This document shows, piece after piece, positions 19,101 through 27,274 of a stretch of DNA of 64,000 bases. Within the stretch, counting starts at the first letter, position 1. Every line of letters starts with the position of its first letter. The notes beneath the pieces were generated by a model. The model saw only the letters and a list, made by a program, of their open reading frames with translations. It searched no databases and was not told the DNA's origin. A program made the position numbers and the translations under genes. The stretch comes from Eubacteriales bacterium (GTDB lineage: Bacteria > Bacillota > Clostridia > Oscillospirales > CAG-272), in the NCBI GenBank assembly GCA_045594745.1, contig JAZNZC010000151.1:5095-69094 (forward strand), in the 5' to 3' direction.

Positions 19101-20946
19101 AAAGGGAACCTACGTCAACCAGCTCACATCCGTAAATCTCCCCGCACTTACATATGTAGGCGACTATGCTTTCTACGGTTCAATGTTGCTTCAGTCCATC
19201 GACCTTTCCAAGGTAACCTTTGTTGGTGAGGGCGCATTCGCACTTTGCAGCGCGCTTGAGTGTGTAACTCTTACCGATACGCTTACCGAGATCCCCGGAT
19301 ATGCCTTCTACGCTTGCACGGCACTTTCCAATATCGATCTTTCCCATTTGGTTAAGATCGGTGAGGGTGCATTCTGTGCAGTACCTCTCCCCGAAGAGCT
19401 CCGTCTTGACAATGTAGAGCATATAGACGGTTATGCATTTATTGAGACCTATGACAACAACGGAATAGAGGTTGGAACAAACAATGTGGTCAGCGTTTAT
19501 GCTCCCAAGCTTACCTTCCTCGGCGACCAGGCATTTGCAGGCTGCGAAAAGCTTGTATCTGTAACTGCTCCCGTTCTTGAGAGTATTGGTTACGGTGCGT
19601 TTGCTTACACCGCTATTGAAACGTTTGAAATTGGAGATTCTTTCAAGGAAGCAGGCATTAACGTCTTTGAAGGAAGTGAGTCCTTTAAGGGCTTTGTCAA
19701 CAGTGAAAATCTTGATACCGTAGTTTTGGAGAACGTTATCATTGATCAAGGCGTTCTTTATGCCAAGAGTGATAAGGGATATATCCTTACCACCTATCCT
19801 GCAGCCAAGGAGGATTCCGAGTATACCGTTATTGACGGCACCGTAAGAATTGAATTTGGCGCAGCGTTTGGCAACAAGCACATTGAAAAGGTAATTCTTC
19901 CTTCCACCCTCAAGTATATAGGTAACTACGCATTCTACGGATGCGAAAAGCTTGGAACCGTAGTGTTCAAATCCTATTACGCTCCTGTTCTTGAGGGAAC
20001 TATGACGGGTGAAGAAATTAAGATCACCTTTGAAAATGTTTCCGATTACCCCGGCTTTGATGACCTTTACAAGTACGATTTCTACTACATCACCCAAAGC
20101 GAGGTTGCTGCTCCTTACTATTACAGCACCTTCATTGGTACGGTAGGACACAAGTCTGTAACAGATATCGTAGCTATCCTTCCCGATAACTGCGAAGGCT
20201 ACGAGACGCTCATTTACGATGCATACTTCACCATCGCCGAAGAGACCTCCGGTGTAACCGCAGGAAAGTATGCCAATGCTTTCATTGATGCAGTAGGCAA
20301 GCTTCCCGCAAACGTAGACAGATTTGACACACTCTTGGTCAATGCGGCTATCACTGCCTATAACGCTCTTGAGAGACATCCCGAGGATATGGCTTTCATC
20401 GATGAGTCTGTATTGACTACATTTAAGAATGTACGCAAAGCTTACAACGTAGACGTAGTAGAAGGTAAGATAGAGCATCTGTTCGATATGGATAAGCTTG
20501 AGTATTGCTTCAACAACGTTAAGAACGCAAAGAAGGCCTATGATGCTCTTACCGCAGAGGAAAAGGAACTTGTTACCAATGCTTCCGTGCTTGACGAAAA
20601 AATAGCTGCTCTCAACGAGCTCTATGGCAAGACGGTTGACTTTAATCTCTCCTACGCCGAGAACATCGGAGTAGAGGAAAACGAAGATCCGATAGTGGAG
20701 CCCGATCCCGCACCTAAGGGACTCGAGACCTGGGTCATCGTGCTGATCGTAGTCGGCTCTGTGCTTGTCATCGGTGGTGCTGCGGTGGTTACCGTAGTGC
20801 TTATGAAAAAGAAAAAGCCGAGTGTCAGCGTTAAGGAGGAACTGCCTGTCAGTGATAAGGAAGAGTTGCCTGTCAGTGACAAGGAAGAATTGCCTGCCGA
20901 CGAAAAGGAAGAGTCATCCGATGATAATAGCAACACCGTCGAGTAA
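13177..20946 (+). CDS. giant cell-envelope subtilisin-like (S8) proteinase with PA domain, Ig-like domains, BspA-type LRR array and C-terminal TM anchor
   Basis: Signal peptide. I9-like propeptide. Triad contexts ILDTGCDY, SHGTHVAG and SGTSMAAP. PA insert ALVKRGDITFEEK. Big_2-like segments. IGxxAFxxC repeats. TM VIVLIVVGSVLVIGGAAVV followed by KKKK. Start at 13177 (GAGG 10 nt upstream); 13123 and 13147 are also possible. Confidence 0.9.
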   Translation: MRKESTQTRTPLKMLLPKCFAAFLAIVLLMQSAAVGICALAQNISFQTDKESVSSPNPSGIARLDQDDVIAQLKKDLVKSFNKDLVKKVSDYELRGNVGLIITFSDDSLVSAYTRSEYAKQMTYEQFKETAAAKGYANELTANQNKILDQLMAEGLINEIRYNYVHIADGAFVKTTYDMIEKISAVEGVERIIVSNTYLPAAAVENPVDVYETGIFNSGSVDYTGKGTIVAILDTGCDYSHTAFNTYEIQNPLYNRDMIADLLAKEDFKAEELTADLEAREVYYGNITGNKIAFGYDYADKDPDIMPFENSHGTHVAGIIAGKDDKITGVAIDAQLAIMKVFSDYDEGAEEGDIIAALEDAVILGVDAINMSLGASCGFTYESAPDKVYKNEVYGRIEQAGISLVVAASNDYSSGFGSEQGNTNKTYNPDSATVGSPSTYTSAMSVASISGKKDNYMYANGKDVIFFTPSVNTSAKEYDFFAMLGITEGDNVTYDYVTVPGVGMKVNYTGLDMYGKIALVKRGDITFEEKVQFAAEAGAIAVIIYNNVFGDITMTIGNDAKIPAVSIGKDEGDRLAMHEEGTLEFNLDNVAGPFMSDFSSWGPNPDLSLKPETTAHGGNILSAVVGGEYDEQSGTSMAAPNMCGITVLIRQYVKETFPELSATEVRDLVNQLTMSTATIALDQKGNPYSPRKQGAGIADIAKSTTTPAYLYVDGINKTKLELKDDPNRTGVYKMSINLKNLSDRTLSYKLGNITMTESVSASDPEYVAEMAYLLSNSSEYSVEGGTLVDGVVSVEAGKTAKVNVTITLSAEDKSYLNATFENGMYVEGFLTFTSTEENGVDLNAPFLAFYGNWGDAPIFDLDYYEVETEAHNDAIDDEDKIKADYYATTPLGSYYYDYIIPLGSYVYAMDESKYNAIPATQERAAISYYADSISGIYGVFAGLLRGAKELSIQIVDTSTGEVVWEDVEYNCYKSHFSGSPRPYSSHFDLPTVNYETGEVLGNNNTKFEVTMSAKLDWDGGENISDTYSFSFYIDYEAPTVINSKFRTEYDKGREENRYYLDLTVYDNHYAMSVRPISVYEIWNPEKGDIDKTYSMLTEYPIPIYQTNRGENTVVTIELTDYLDIIADSTMPNGVTLYIDDYAMNASITYVPFPSTADDGKDLEFMEDEIDLDINETFDLTKFFVYEDTTKTVNSDYLHTLKWEVGNWVNDVWEPSDDVVAIHNGQIEALKSGTAIVRVTSDSWITKTTSNGLTVNIPTFKYLTVHVSETVISDNPNSGDNVQLESLEFVSYKTLFAFNTDIDYSEIGITDSVHYFDGNYSVSCYPSEKIQLNPLLKPWNISEDRYTLSWSSSNPKVATVDENGVVTAEAEGSSRITLKITIDGKTSTLAARLSIEVKSEFIIENRTLIAYKGKGGDVVIPDDEGIIYIGDFAFSHYDLDNEKEVEKDENGYYDMDEKKSAIGNDTVTSVVIPEGVETINKYAFYNCTALRNVTLPTTCKQIGEHAFEDCVILENVNFDNVKIVSDYAFNNCKSLSCEEIGGAKTSGIYTVGAFGLAGTRFSNLTLTRLARIGESAFANCSKLTTVELGSSTRISAKMFENSGLTSITVYADSIDDNAFAGSKNLKSVVIVNDLTYLGAKAFDGCERLESIEIKKSLEQIGDYAFRGCKKLTEVKLPDGKIRIGDGVFDSCGLTTLKFSPNTEIAYIGITPFSGYRTKINIDVTDSALYTADNGVIYNKDKSTLVLVAPDTTQTEFVVPASVVTIGSGAFSSLSKLKKVEFAADSQLTTIDQNAFAGCSALKTVILPQKAISIKDYAFYATSSLETIDLSKVAEVGMYAFATSSLKNIDLSNVVTIGDGAFFDSMSLKTVKLGANAAIGKYAFANSTVETVDLLGDATIGEGAFNTCVYLTSFDFSEVTGKIGDFAFYQCVALTSVVAPYITELGSAVFSDCANLSEFSAERLEIIGNNAFAPNDEKGTYVNQLTSVNLPALTYVGDYAFYGSMLLQSIDLSKVTFVGEGAFALCSALECVTLTDTLTEIPGYAFYACTALSNIDLSHLVKIGEGAFCAVPLPEELRLDNVEHIDGYAFIETYDNNGIEVGTNNVVSVYAPKLTFLGDQAFAGCEKLVSVTAPVLESIGYGAFAYTAIETFEIGDSFKEAGINVFEGSESFKGFVNSENLDTVVLENVIIDQGVLYAKSDKGYILTTYPAAKEDSEYTVIDGTVRIEFGAAFGNKHIEKVILPSTLKYIGNYAFYGCEKLGTVVFKSYYAPVLEGTMTGEEIKITFENVSDYPGFDDLYKYDFYYITQSEVAAPYYYSTFIGTVGHKSVTDIVAILPDNCEGYETLIYDAYFTIAEETSGVTAGKYANAFIDAVGKLPANVDRFDTLLVNAAITAYNALERHPEDMAFIDESVLTTFKNVRKAYNVDVVEGKIEHLFDMDKLEYCFNNVKNAKKAYDALTAEEKELVTNASVLDEKIAALNELYGKTVDFNLSYAENIGVEENEDPIVEPDPAPKGLETWVIVLIVVGSVLVIGGAAVVTVVLMKKKKPSVSVKEELPVSDKEELPVSDKEELPADEKEESSDDNSNTVE
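13825..15220 (+). other. S8 catalytic domain with inserted PA domain (approximate limits)
   Basis: Catalytic codons Asp 13876-13878, His 14110-14112 and Ser 15082-15084. PA insert at about 14560-14930. Confidence 0.8.
17371..19980 (+). other. BspA-type leucine-rich repeat array (about 870 aa, approximate limits)
   Basis: Recurrent units of about 22-25 aa of the form xIGxxAFxxCxxLxxVxLP. Confidence 0.8.
20833..20913 (+). repeat. 24-nt in-frame tandem repeat (KEELPVSD x3 plus a partial unit) in the cytoplasmic tail of the proteinase
   Basis: Units at 20833, 20857 and 20881, with a partial unit at 20905. Confidence 0.9.
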
Positions 20947-20977
20947 ACGGAAAAACAACAAGTAACGGAAGGTTTTT

Positions 20978-22093
20978 ATGTTACGTATGAAAAAGAGAAG
21001 TTTAATTTTAGCAATCGTTCTTATCGCGGCCCTGGCAGTTATTCTGCCGGGCTGCGGTAAGGAGGAGCAGAGCCTCGAGGGGCTCTACATTGCCACCTTT
21101 GATTTGAAGGGCGGCACACTTGAAACTCCTACGTCGAGTGTCGGCACAAAGATCAACTTTGCTTATCACCCCGGCACCGTCGTTCTCGACCCTTGTGAGC
21201 TGAACGGCTACAAGCTTTTTAGAACCGGCTACGTCTTTACCGGATGGTATACAGACGAGAGCTGCACCGAGTCCTCCAAATGGGACTTTGATTCCTACAT
21301 CAATAGCGAAAAGCTTACCCTCTATGCAGGATGGAAGGTAGCTATCAAGCACACCTACACGGTTTATTATTTTGACGAAGACAACACGCAGGTCAAGCTT
21401 GGTGAGTACGAGGTCGAACCTGGCGATAAGTTTGACGACTGGCGTCGCCTTGCTAAGAACGGTAGAATTGGATATACCCCTCTCGGGTTCTTCAGCGATC
21501 CGGAATGCACCGTTGCATGGGATACAAGCTTTACCCACCCCGGAGAGGAGAACGTTGACCTTGAAGTACCCGTTTATGTCAGCTATCTGAAAGGAAATTG
21601 GACCTTTGTAGATAGTCTTGCAACATTTGAAAGAGCCATTTCCGACAACGCTAGCGTTCAGCTTACCGCTGATATTGACTGTGAGGGCGCTGTACTGTCA
21701 TTTGGTGACTATGGCGGCAAGATCGCAGGAAATGGACATACCATCTCGAATTTTAGAGTTGAAAAGAGCAAGCGCGGTACCACGTATCTCTGTTCAATAT
21801 TCAATAACCTCTTAAATGAAGCTGAAATTTTCGACGTTTCTTTTACCGGTGTCACTTACGACTTGAGCGGAACGCAAAACGCTACCGAGCTTAAGGTTGC
21901 GGCACTTGCTGTTTCCTGTCAAGGAAAGGGAACTATCGAGGTTACTATTTCAAATGTCACAATCCAAGGTAATATCGTTACCGATTACACCGGTGAAATT
22001 ACCAAAGCAAACGAGTTTGTATATGACATAGCCGGCAACGCCGAGGTTACAGTTGGCGACGGTTGCAGTGTTAATGTCACAATCAATAATTAA
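20978..22093 (+). CDS. lipoprotein with two Listeria-Bacteroides (InlB B) repeats and a C-terminal beta-rich domain
   Basis: Lipobox ILPGC. GYVFTGWYTDESC and IGYTPLGFFSDPEC B-repeat cores. Confidence 0.85.
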   Translation: MLRMKKRSLILAIVLIAALAVILPGCGKEEQSLEGLYIATFDLKGGTLETPTSSVGTKINFAYHPGTVVLDPCELNGYKLFRTGYVFTGWYTDESCTESSKWDFDSYINSEKLTLYAGWKVAIKHTYTVYYFDEDNTQVKLGEYEVEPGDKFDDWRRLAKNGRIGYTPLGFFSDPECTVAWDTSFTHPGEENVDLEVPVYVSYLKGNWTFVDSLATFERAISDNASVQLTADIDCEGAVLSFGDYGGKIAGNGHTISNFRVEKSKRGTTYLCSIFNNLLNEAEIFDVSFTGVTYDLSGTQNATELKVAALAVSCQGKGTIEVTISNVTIQGNIVTDYTGEITKANEFVYDIAGNAEVTVGDGCSVNVTINN

Positions 22094-22117
22094 AATGTAG
22101 AAACGAGGCAAAAGAAA

Positions 22118-24844
22118 ATGGAAGAAAAGAACACACCAACCCCGGAAGAAAACAATATTTCTACCCCGGAAGAAAACAACACCTCTGCATCGGAAGAAAA
22201 CAATACTCCCGTACCGGAAGAAAGCAACACCTCTGCACCGGAAGAAAAGAAGACCCCCACACCGGAAGGAAAGAGTGGATCGAAGCCTTCCCTTATCAAG
22301 AAGATTAAGACATTTGCTAAGAAGTCCACCAAAAAGTTTGTTGCATTGGTTCTTGCAGGCGTTTTGGTTTTGGGCGCAGCTACAGGTGCTCTTATCGCGT
22401 TGCTCGGCAACAAAGGCAACGGCAACGGCCTTGACAATGAAGTCGACCACTTGGTAATTGCAAGCCAAGAGCTTGACGGCGTATTCAATCCTTTCTATTC
22501 ATCCTCCGCTCCCGATGGCTCCGTTGTTGGTATGACGCAGATCGGTATGCTCTCCTCCGACAAGGAAGGAAAGGTTGCCTTTGGCGAAAACGAGCCTTGC
22601 GTAGTTCTCGACTACGAAGAAATCACCCACAAGGATGGGGAAGAGATTAAGGAGACTACCTATTACTTCGTACTCAAGAACAACCTCAAGTTCTCCAACG
22701 GATCTCCCCTTACTATGAAGGACGTCCTGTTCAATCTTTATGTATATCTTGATCCCGCTTACTACGGAAGCACTACTATCTACTCCACCGATATCATTGG
22801 TCTTCAGGAGTACAGAACACAGACCAAGAACGAGAATGAGCAGAAGGACTTTAACAAGCAGTTTAACGCTCTCGCAATGGATAGAGTTGACCGTTTGATC
22901 GAGTGCCTTGAGAACGTTTACGATGAGCACAAGAACGTCAGCCTTACCGAGGACGAGATGATCGCTGCCCTTACCGAGCAGATGGAAATGAACTCCGGTG
23001 ATGCCGCTTACGCTACTGTTGTTTCCGACTACAATCTTGCAGTTAAGTATTTCCGCGATGAGCTGAAGACCGACTACACCAACGCCAAGGGCACCGCTCA
23101 GGATATCTCCTATACCGATAAAAACGGTAATAAGGTAACCCTTACTACCGATACCGAAGCATTCCTTTACAACGAAGGCTTCATCACCTGGGACAAAAAG
23201 GAAAAGGTGTTTGTATATTCTCTTGGTGAGAAGAGCAAGAACATGACCGAGGAAGAGGCTATCAACGCTATCTTCACAAGCTACGTTCCCAACAGAATGG
23301 TCGAGATCGTTAGCTACTGGGGCACTGCACAAAAGCTTCTTGATTACTTCTCCTTCCTTGAAAAGCAAGCTTACTTTGAAAGCATCGATGAAGAAGACAG
23401 AATCAAGAACGTTTCCGGCATTAAGTATGCAAACAGAACCGAGTCGGTTACCGTTAACGGCAAAGAATACGGTGTACCCACTTTTGATGCTAACGGTGCT
23501 GTAATTGAGGGCAACGAGGTTCTTTCCATCACCATTGAAAAGGTTGACCCCAAGGCTATTTGGAACTTTGGCTTTACCGTAGCTCCTATGTACTATTACT
23601 CCAATGCAGAACAGATCGCTGCATTTGACTACGAGGCTAATTTCGGCGTTCAGTTCGGTAGCGTAGAATTCCAGGATTCCGTTATCAAGGATCCTGCAAA
23701 GATCGGTGTTCCCGTAGGTGCGGGTGCTTACAAGGCTACCACCTATAACGGTGACAGTGCTAATGTTACTGCAGGTACTTTCAAAGCTAACAACATAGTT
23801 TACTTTGAACGTAACGAGCACTTTATGTTTGACGTAAAGATCAAGTATGTTGACTACAAGGTTGTTTCCACCAATCTTATGCTTGAGTCTCTCTACTCCG
23901 GTGAAATTCACTTTGTTGAGCCTTCTTGTATCCAAGAGAACATTGACTCTATCGCAGCAAACGCTTCCAAGGGCTTTGCAAGCACGCCCGTTATGACCAA
24001 CGGTTACGGTTATATCGGTATCAACGCCGAAAAGGTTCCGGATATCGAAGTACGCCGCGCTATTATGCACGCTATCAATACCCAATACGCCGTTGACTAC
24101 TACTTTGGTTATTCCAAGCCCATCACCCGTCCTATGACCAAGGCATCCTGGGCATATCCCGAAGGCGTTGACGCCGAAGGACAGTACTACGAGTTTGATG
24201 AAACCGGTGCTAAAAGTGAGCAACTTGTTATTGATGCCGGATATATCAAAAACGCTGACAACGTTTACACCAAGGATGGCCACACCCTGAAGTATATCTT
24301 CACCATTGCAGGTGATACCACCGACCACCCCGCTTACGCATCTCTCAAGAGAGCAGCAGAAATTCTGAACGAGCACGGATTTGATATTGAGGTTAAGACC
24401 GATATCAACGCTCTTAAGAAGCTCAACAACGGTGATCTTACCGTTTGGGCAGCAGCATGGGGCGCAGGCGTTGACCCCGATATGTATCAGGTATACCACA
24501 AGGATTCCACCGCAGGCTCCACCGCTAACTGGGGCTACCGTGCAATTCTTGCAAATGCAGGTAATAAGTACAGCGAAGAGCTTGCAATCGTTAACCAGCT
24601 CTCCGAGATCATTGATCTGGCAAGAGAAACTACCGTAGAGAAGGAAAGAGCAGGCTTCTACAAGACCGCGCTTGACCTTGTAATGGAGCTTGCAGTCGAG
24701 CTTCCCACCTACCAACGTAGTGACCTCTTTGCATACAACACAAACGTTATTGATGTAAATTCTCTCACCCCCGCATCCGAGCTGACTCCTTACAATGGTC
24801 CTATGAGCAGAATCTGGGAGGTAAGCCTCAACGAGACTAACTAA
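22118..24844 (+). CDS. ABC transporter substrate-binding protein, family 5 (Opp/Dpp/Nik type), oversized and N-terminally TM-anchored
   Basis: LKFSNGSPLTMKDVLFNL family-5 motif. 908 aa. The N-terminus carries an acidic repeat, then a KK-rich stretch, then the TM segment VALVLAGVLVLGAATGALIALL. No lipobox. Confidence 0.85.
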   Translation: MEEKNTPTPEENNISTPEENNTSASEENNTPVPEESNTSAPEEKKTPTPEGKSGSKPSLIKKIKTFAKKSTKKFVALVLAGVLVLGAATGALIALLGNKGNGNGLDNEVDHLVIASQELDGVFNPFYSSSAPDGSVVGMTQIGMLSSDKEGKVAFGENEPCVVLDYEEITHKDGEEIKETTYYFVLKNNLKFSNGSPLTMKDVLFNLYVYLDPAYYGSTTIYSTDIIGLQEYRTQTKNENEQKDFNKQFNALAMDRVDRLIECLENVYDEHKNVSLTEDEMIAALTEQMEMNSGDAAYATVVSDYNLAVKYFRDELKTDYTNAKGTAQDISYTDKNGNKVTLTTDTEAFLYNEGFITWDKKEKVFVYSLGEKSKNMTEEEAINAIFTSYVPNRMVEIVSYWGTAQKLLDYFSFLEKQAYFESIDEEDRIKNVSGIKYANRTESVTVNGKEYGVPTFDANGAVIEGNEVLSITIEKVDPKAIWNFGFTVAPMYYYSNAEQIAAFDYEANFGVQFGSVEFQDSVIKDPAKIGVPVGAGAYKATTYNGDSANVTAGTFKANNIVYFERNEHFMFDVKIKYVDYKVVSTNLMLESLYSGEIHFVEPSCIQENIDSIAANASKGFASTPVMTNGYGYIGINAEKVPDIEVRRAIMHAINTQYAVDYYFGYSKPITRPMTKASWAYPEGVDAEGQYYEFDETGAKSEQLVIDAGYIKNADNVYTKDGHTLKYIFTIAGDTTDHPAYASLKRAAEILNEHGFDIEVKTDINALKKLNNGDLTVWAAAWGAGVDPDMYQVYHKDSTAGSTANWGYRAILANAGNKYSEELAIVNQLSEIIDLARETTVEKERAGFYKTALDLVMELAVELPTYQRSDLFAYNTNVIDVNSLTPASELTPYNGPMSRIWEVSLNETN
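22139..22282 (+). repeat. 24-nt in-frame tandem repeat (TPEENNxS-like, 6 units) at the N-terminus of the binding protein
   Basis: CCGGAAGAA recurs every 24 nt at 22142, 22166, 22190, 22214, 22238 and 22262. Confidence 0.9.
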
Positions 24845-24873
24845 AATGTGGTTCGTAACAGAGGAAAGATAAA

Positions 24874-26190
24874 ATGTTAAAGTATATACTGAAAAGACTC
24901 GGCCTTTCTTTGATCGTTCTTTTTGGCGTTTCGCTGATCATTTACTGCTTGGTAAGATTGATGCCTACCGATTATCTTGAAAGCAAGTTTTCGGCGCAGA
25001 TCCAGCAGGGAACGATTACAATGGAAAAAATAGACGAGTTTAAGAAAAAATACGGTATTTATATGCCTGAGGCGTATCTTGACGTAACCGTGCACGGTGG
25101 AAACCACGACGGTGCGGTTTTGAGAAGAGACGTTAAGGTGAAGTCATATACCGATGTTCAAAACGGATACACAGACTATAAAAAATTCTACACAGGCAAC
25201 TATACCCTACAGGATGAGCTGAGGCTCGAACTGAAGGATGACTCGAGCTGGACGCTGTATGAGCTTTCGGGCGACAAGTCCACTCGAGTATCCTCGGGTA
25301 CTTACGTAGCCACTGACGGCAAGATCACGCTTACCTCTGTAAGCGGCGAGACCGAATACGACGTGAAGTACAGTGAAGCATCTGCTTGGGATAAGTTTTT
25401 GGCAATCCTTGAGGGTTACATCTCTTGGTTGGGCAATATGCTCAAGGGTGATTGGGGAGACTCCTTCCTGTATCAGCTTCCCGTTAACCAGGTTATTGCC
25501 GAGCATATGTGGATATCCTTTGCAATATCCCTTGTTGCTCTTATCCTTCAGTTTGCTATTGCAATTCCTCTCGGTATTGTCAGTGCAACCCACCAATATT
25601 CCGTAATCGACTATACGGTTACCATTATTACTATGATAGGCATTTCGCTGCCCTCGTTCTTCTTTGCGGCACTGCTTATCAAGGTATTTGCAAGCTGGCT
25701 GGGCTGGTTCCCCGTTTCGGGACTTGTCAGCGCAGGTGGCTCAAGCGAGGGTATAGCATATTTTCTTGATATGGCTCACCACCTCGTTTTGCCTATGCTC
25801 GTTCTCGTTGTACTGTCCATCGGTGGATTGATGCGTTACACGAGAACCAATATGCTCGAGGTTCTTAACTCCGATTACATTCGTACTGCGCGCTCCAAGG
25901 GACTTTCCGAAAAGAAGGTTATCTACGTTCACGCATTCCGCAACACAATGATCCCTCTTATGACGCTTCTTGCAGGTATCTTGCCCTCGCTTTTCGGCGG
26001 TGCAATGATTACCGAGGAGGTATTCGCTATCGAGGGTATCGGTCGACTTGCATACAAGGCACTTCAGCAGGGGGATATTCCCTTTATTATGGGATACAAT
26101 ATGTTCCTTGCCGTTCTAACGGTAATAGGCACTCTGCTCTCTGACCTGATGTACGCAGTTGTTGACCCGCGAGTTAAGCTTTCCAAGTAA
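24874..26190 (+). CDS. ABC transporter permease (OppB/DppB type) with a large extracytoplasmic insertion
   Basis: EAA-loop region IRTARSKGLSEKKVIYVHAFRNTMIP. About 130 extra residues after TM1 (about 25054-25444). Confidence 0.9.
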   Translation: MLKYILKRLGLSLIVLFGVSLIIYCLVRLMPTDYLESKFSAQIQQGTITMEKIDEFKKKYGIYMPEAYLDVTVHGGNHDGAVLRRDVKVKSYTDVQNGYTDYKKFYTGNYTLQDELRLELKDDSSWTLYELSGDKSTRVSSGTYVATDGKITLTSVSGETEYDVKYSEASAWDKFLAILEGYISWLGNMLKGDWGDSFLYQLPVNQVIAEHMWISFAISLVALILQFAIAIPLGIVSATHQYSVIDYTVTIITMIGISLPSFFFAALLIKVFASWLGWFPVSGLVSAGGSSEGIAYFLDMAHHLVLPMLVLVVLSIGGLMRYTRTNMLEVLNSDYIRTARSKGLSEKKVIYVHAFRNTMIPLMTLLAGILPSLFGGAMITEEVFAIEGIGRLAYKALQQGDIPFIMGYNMFLAVLTVIGTLLSDLMYAVVDPRVKLSK

Positions 26191-27269
26191 TGAGCAACAG
26201 GGAGAAAACAATGGAAGAAAATAAGAACATAAATCTTGAGGTTCAAAACGAAGAACTCGTAGAGGAAGAGATACACTATAAGGAACTGTCGCCTGCCAGA
26301 GTGGTTATGCGCAGATTTTTCCGTTCCCGTCTTTCTCTTGTCGGCGTCCTTATGCTCGTCGTGCTCTTCGTATTCGCATTTGCAGGACCTCCCGTTATGC
26401 ATATGCTCGGTTATCAGTGGAGTGAAACCGAAACCGACCATACGCCAACGGTTAAGCGAGCTATCAAAGAGCTCGGCTTCAAAACAAAGGATGCACAGGG
26501 TAATGAATATCCCATCATCGAGTTCATTGAGGAAGAGGTAGGCATCAACTCCTACGCACCGCTTTCCTCCTCGCATCTTCTCGGAACCGATGAAAAGGGA
26601 ATGGATATCTTCATCCGCTTGATGCACGGTGGCAGAATTTCTCTTACCCTTGGTTTCGTAGTCGTTATTCTTGAAACGATCATCGGAATTATTATGGGTG
26701 GCATATCCGGATATTTTGGGGGAAAGATCGACCAGCTCATTATGAGAATTGTCGATATTCTCAACTGTATCCCCACTCTTCCTATCCTTTTGATAGCATC
26801 TGTAGTTATTGATTCTTGGGAGATCGAAAGCTCGATGCGAATCTACTATTTGATGTTGATTATGACCGTTTTCGGTTGGAGCGGTACGGCGCGTATGGTA
26901 AGAGGACAGATCCTTTACTTGCGCGAACAGGAATACATCGTTGCTTGCGAGGTTATGGGTATTCCCACCTGGAGAAGAATTTTCAAGCACCTCGTGCCCA
27001 ACATTATGCCTCAGCTGATCGTATCTATGACGCTTGGCTTGGGAAGCATCATTCTTTATGAGTCTACCCTCAGCTACCTCGGTCTCGGTATTCCGCTTCC
27101 GTATGCTGCATGGGGAACTATGATCTCATCCTCCACCGATCCTATAACAATGCAGTACTATCCCAATCTTTGGATTCCCGCCGGCATTCTTATCGTTATC
27201 GCGGTTCTTGCCTTCAACTTTGTTGGCGACGGTCTGCGTGACGCTATGGACCCCAAGTCTAAGAGGTGA
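26190..27269 (+). CDS. ABC transporter permease (OppC/DppC type)
   Basis: EYIVACEVMGIPTWRRIFKHLVPNIMP. ATG 26190 overlaps the upstream stop. An alternative ATG at 26211 has a better RBS (GGGAG). Confidence 0.9.
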   Translation: MSNREKTMEENKNINLEVQNEELVEEEIHYKELSPARVVMRRFFRSRLSLVGVLMLVVLFVFAFAGPPVMHMLGYQWSETETDHTPTVKRAIKELGFKTKDAQGNEYPIIEFIEEEVGINSYAPLSSSHLLGTDEKGMDIFIRLMHGGRISLTLGFVVVILETIIGIIMGGISGYFGGKIDQLIMRIVDILNCIPTLPILLIASVVIDSWEIESSMRIYYLMLIMTVFGWSGTARMVRGQILYLREQEYIVACEVMGIPTWRRIFKHLVPNIMPQLIVSMTLGLGSIILYESTLSYLGLGIPLPYAAWGTMISSSTDPITMQYYPNLWIPAGILIVIAVLAFNFVGDGLRDAMDPKSKR

Positions 27270-27274
27270 TCGAT

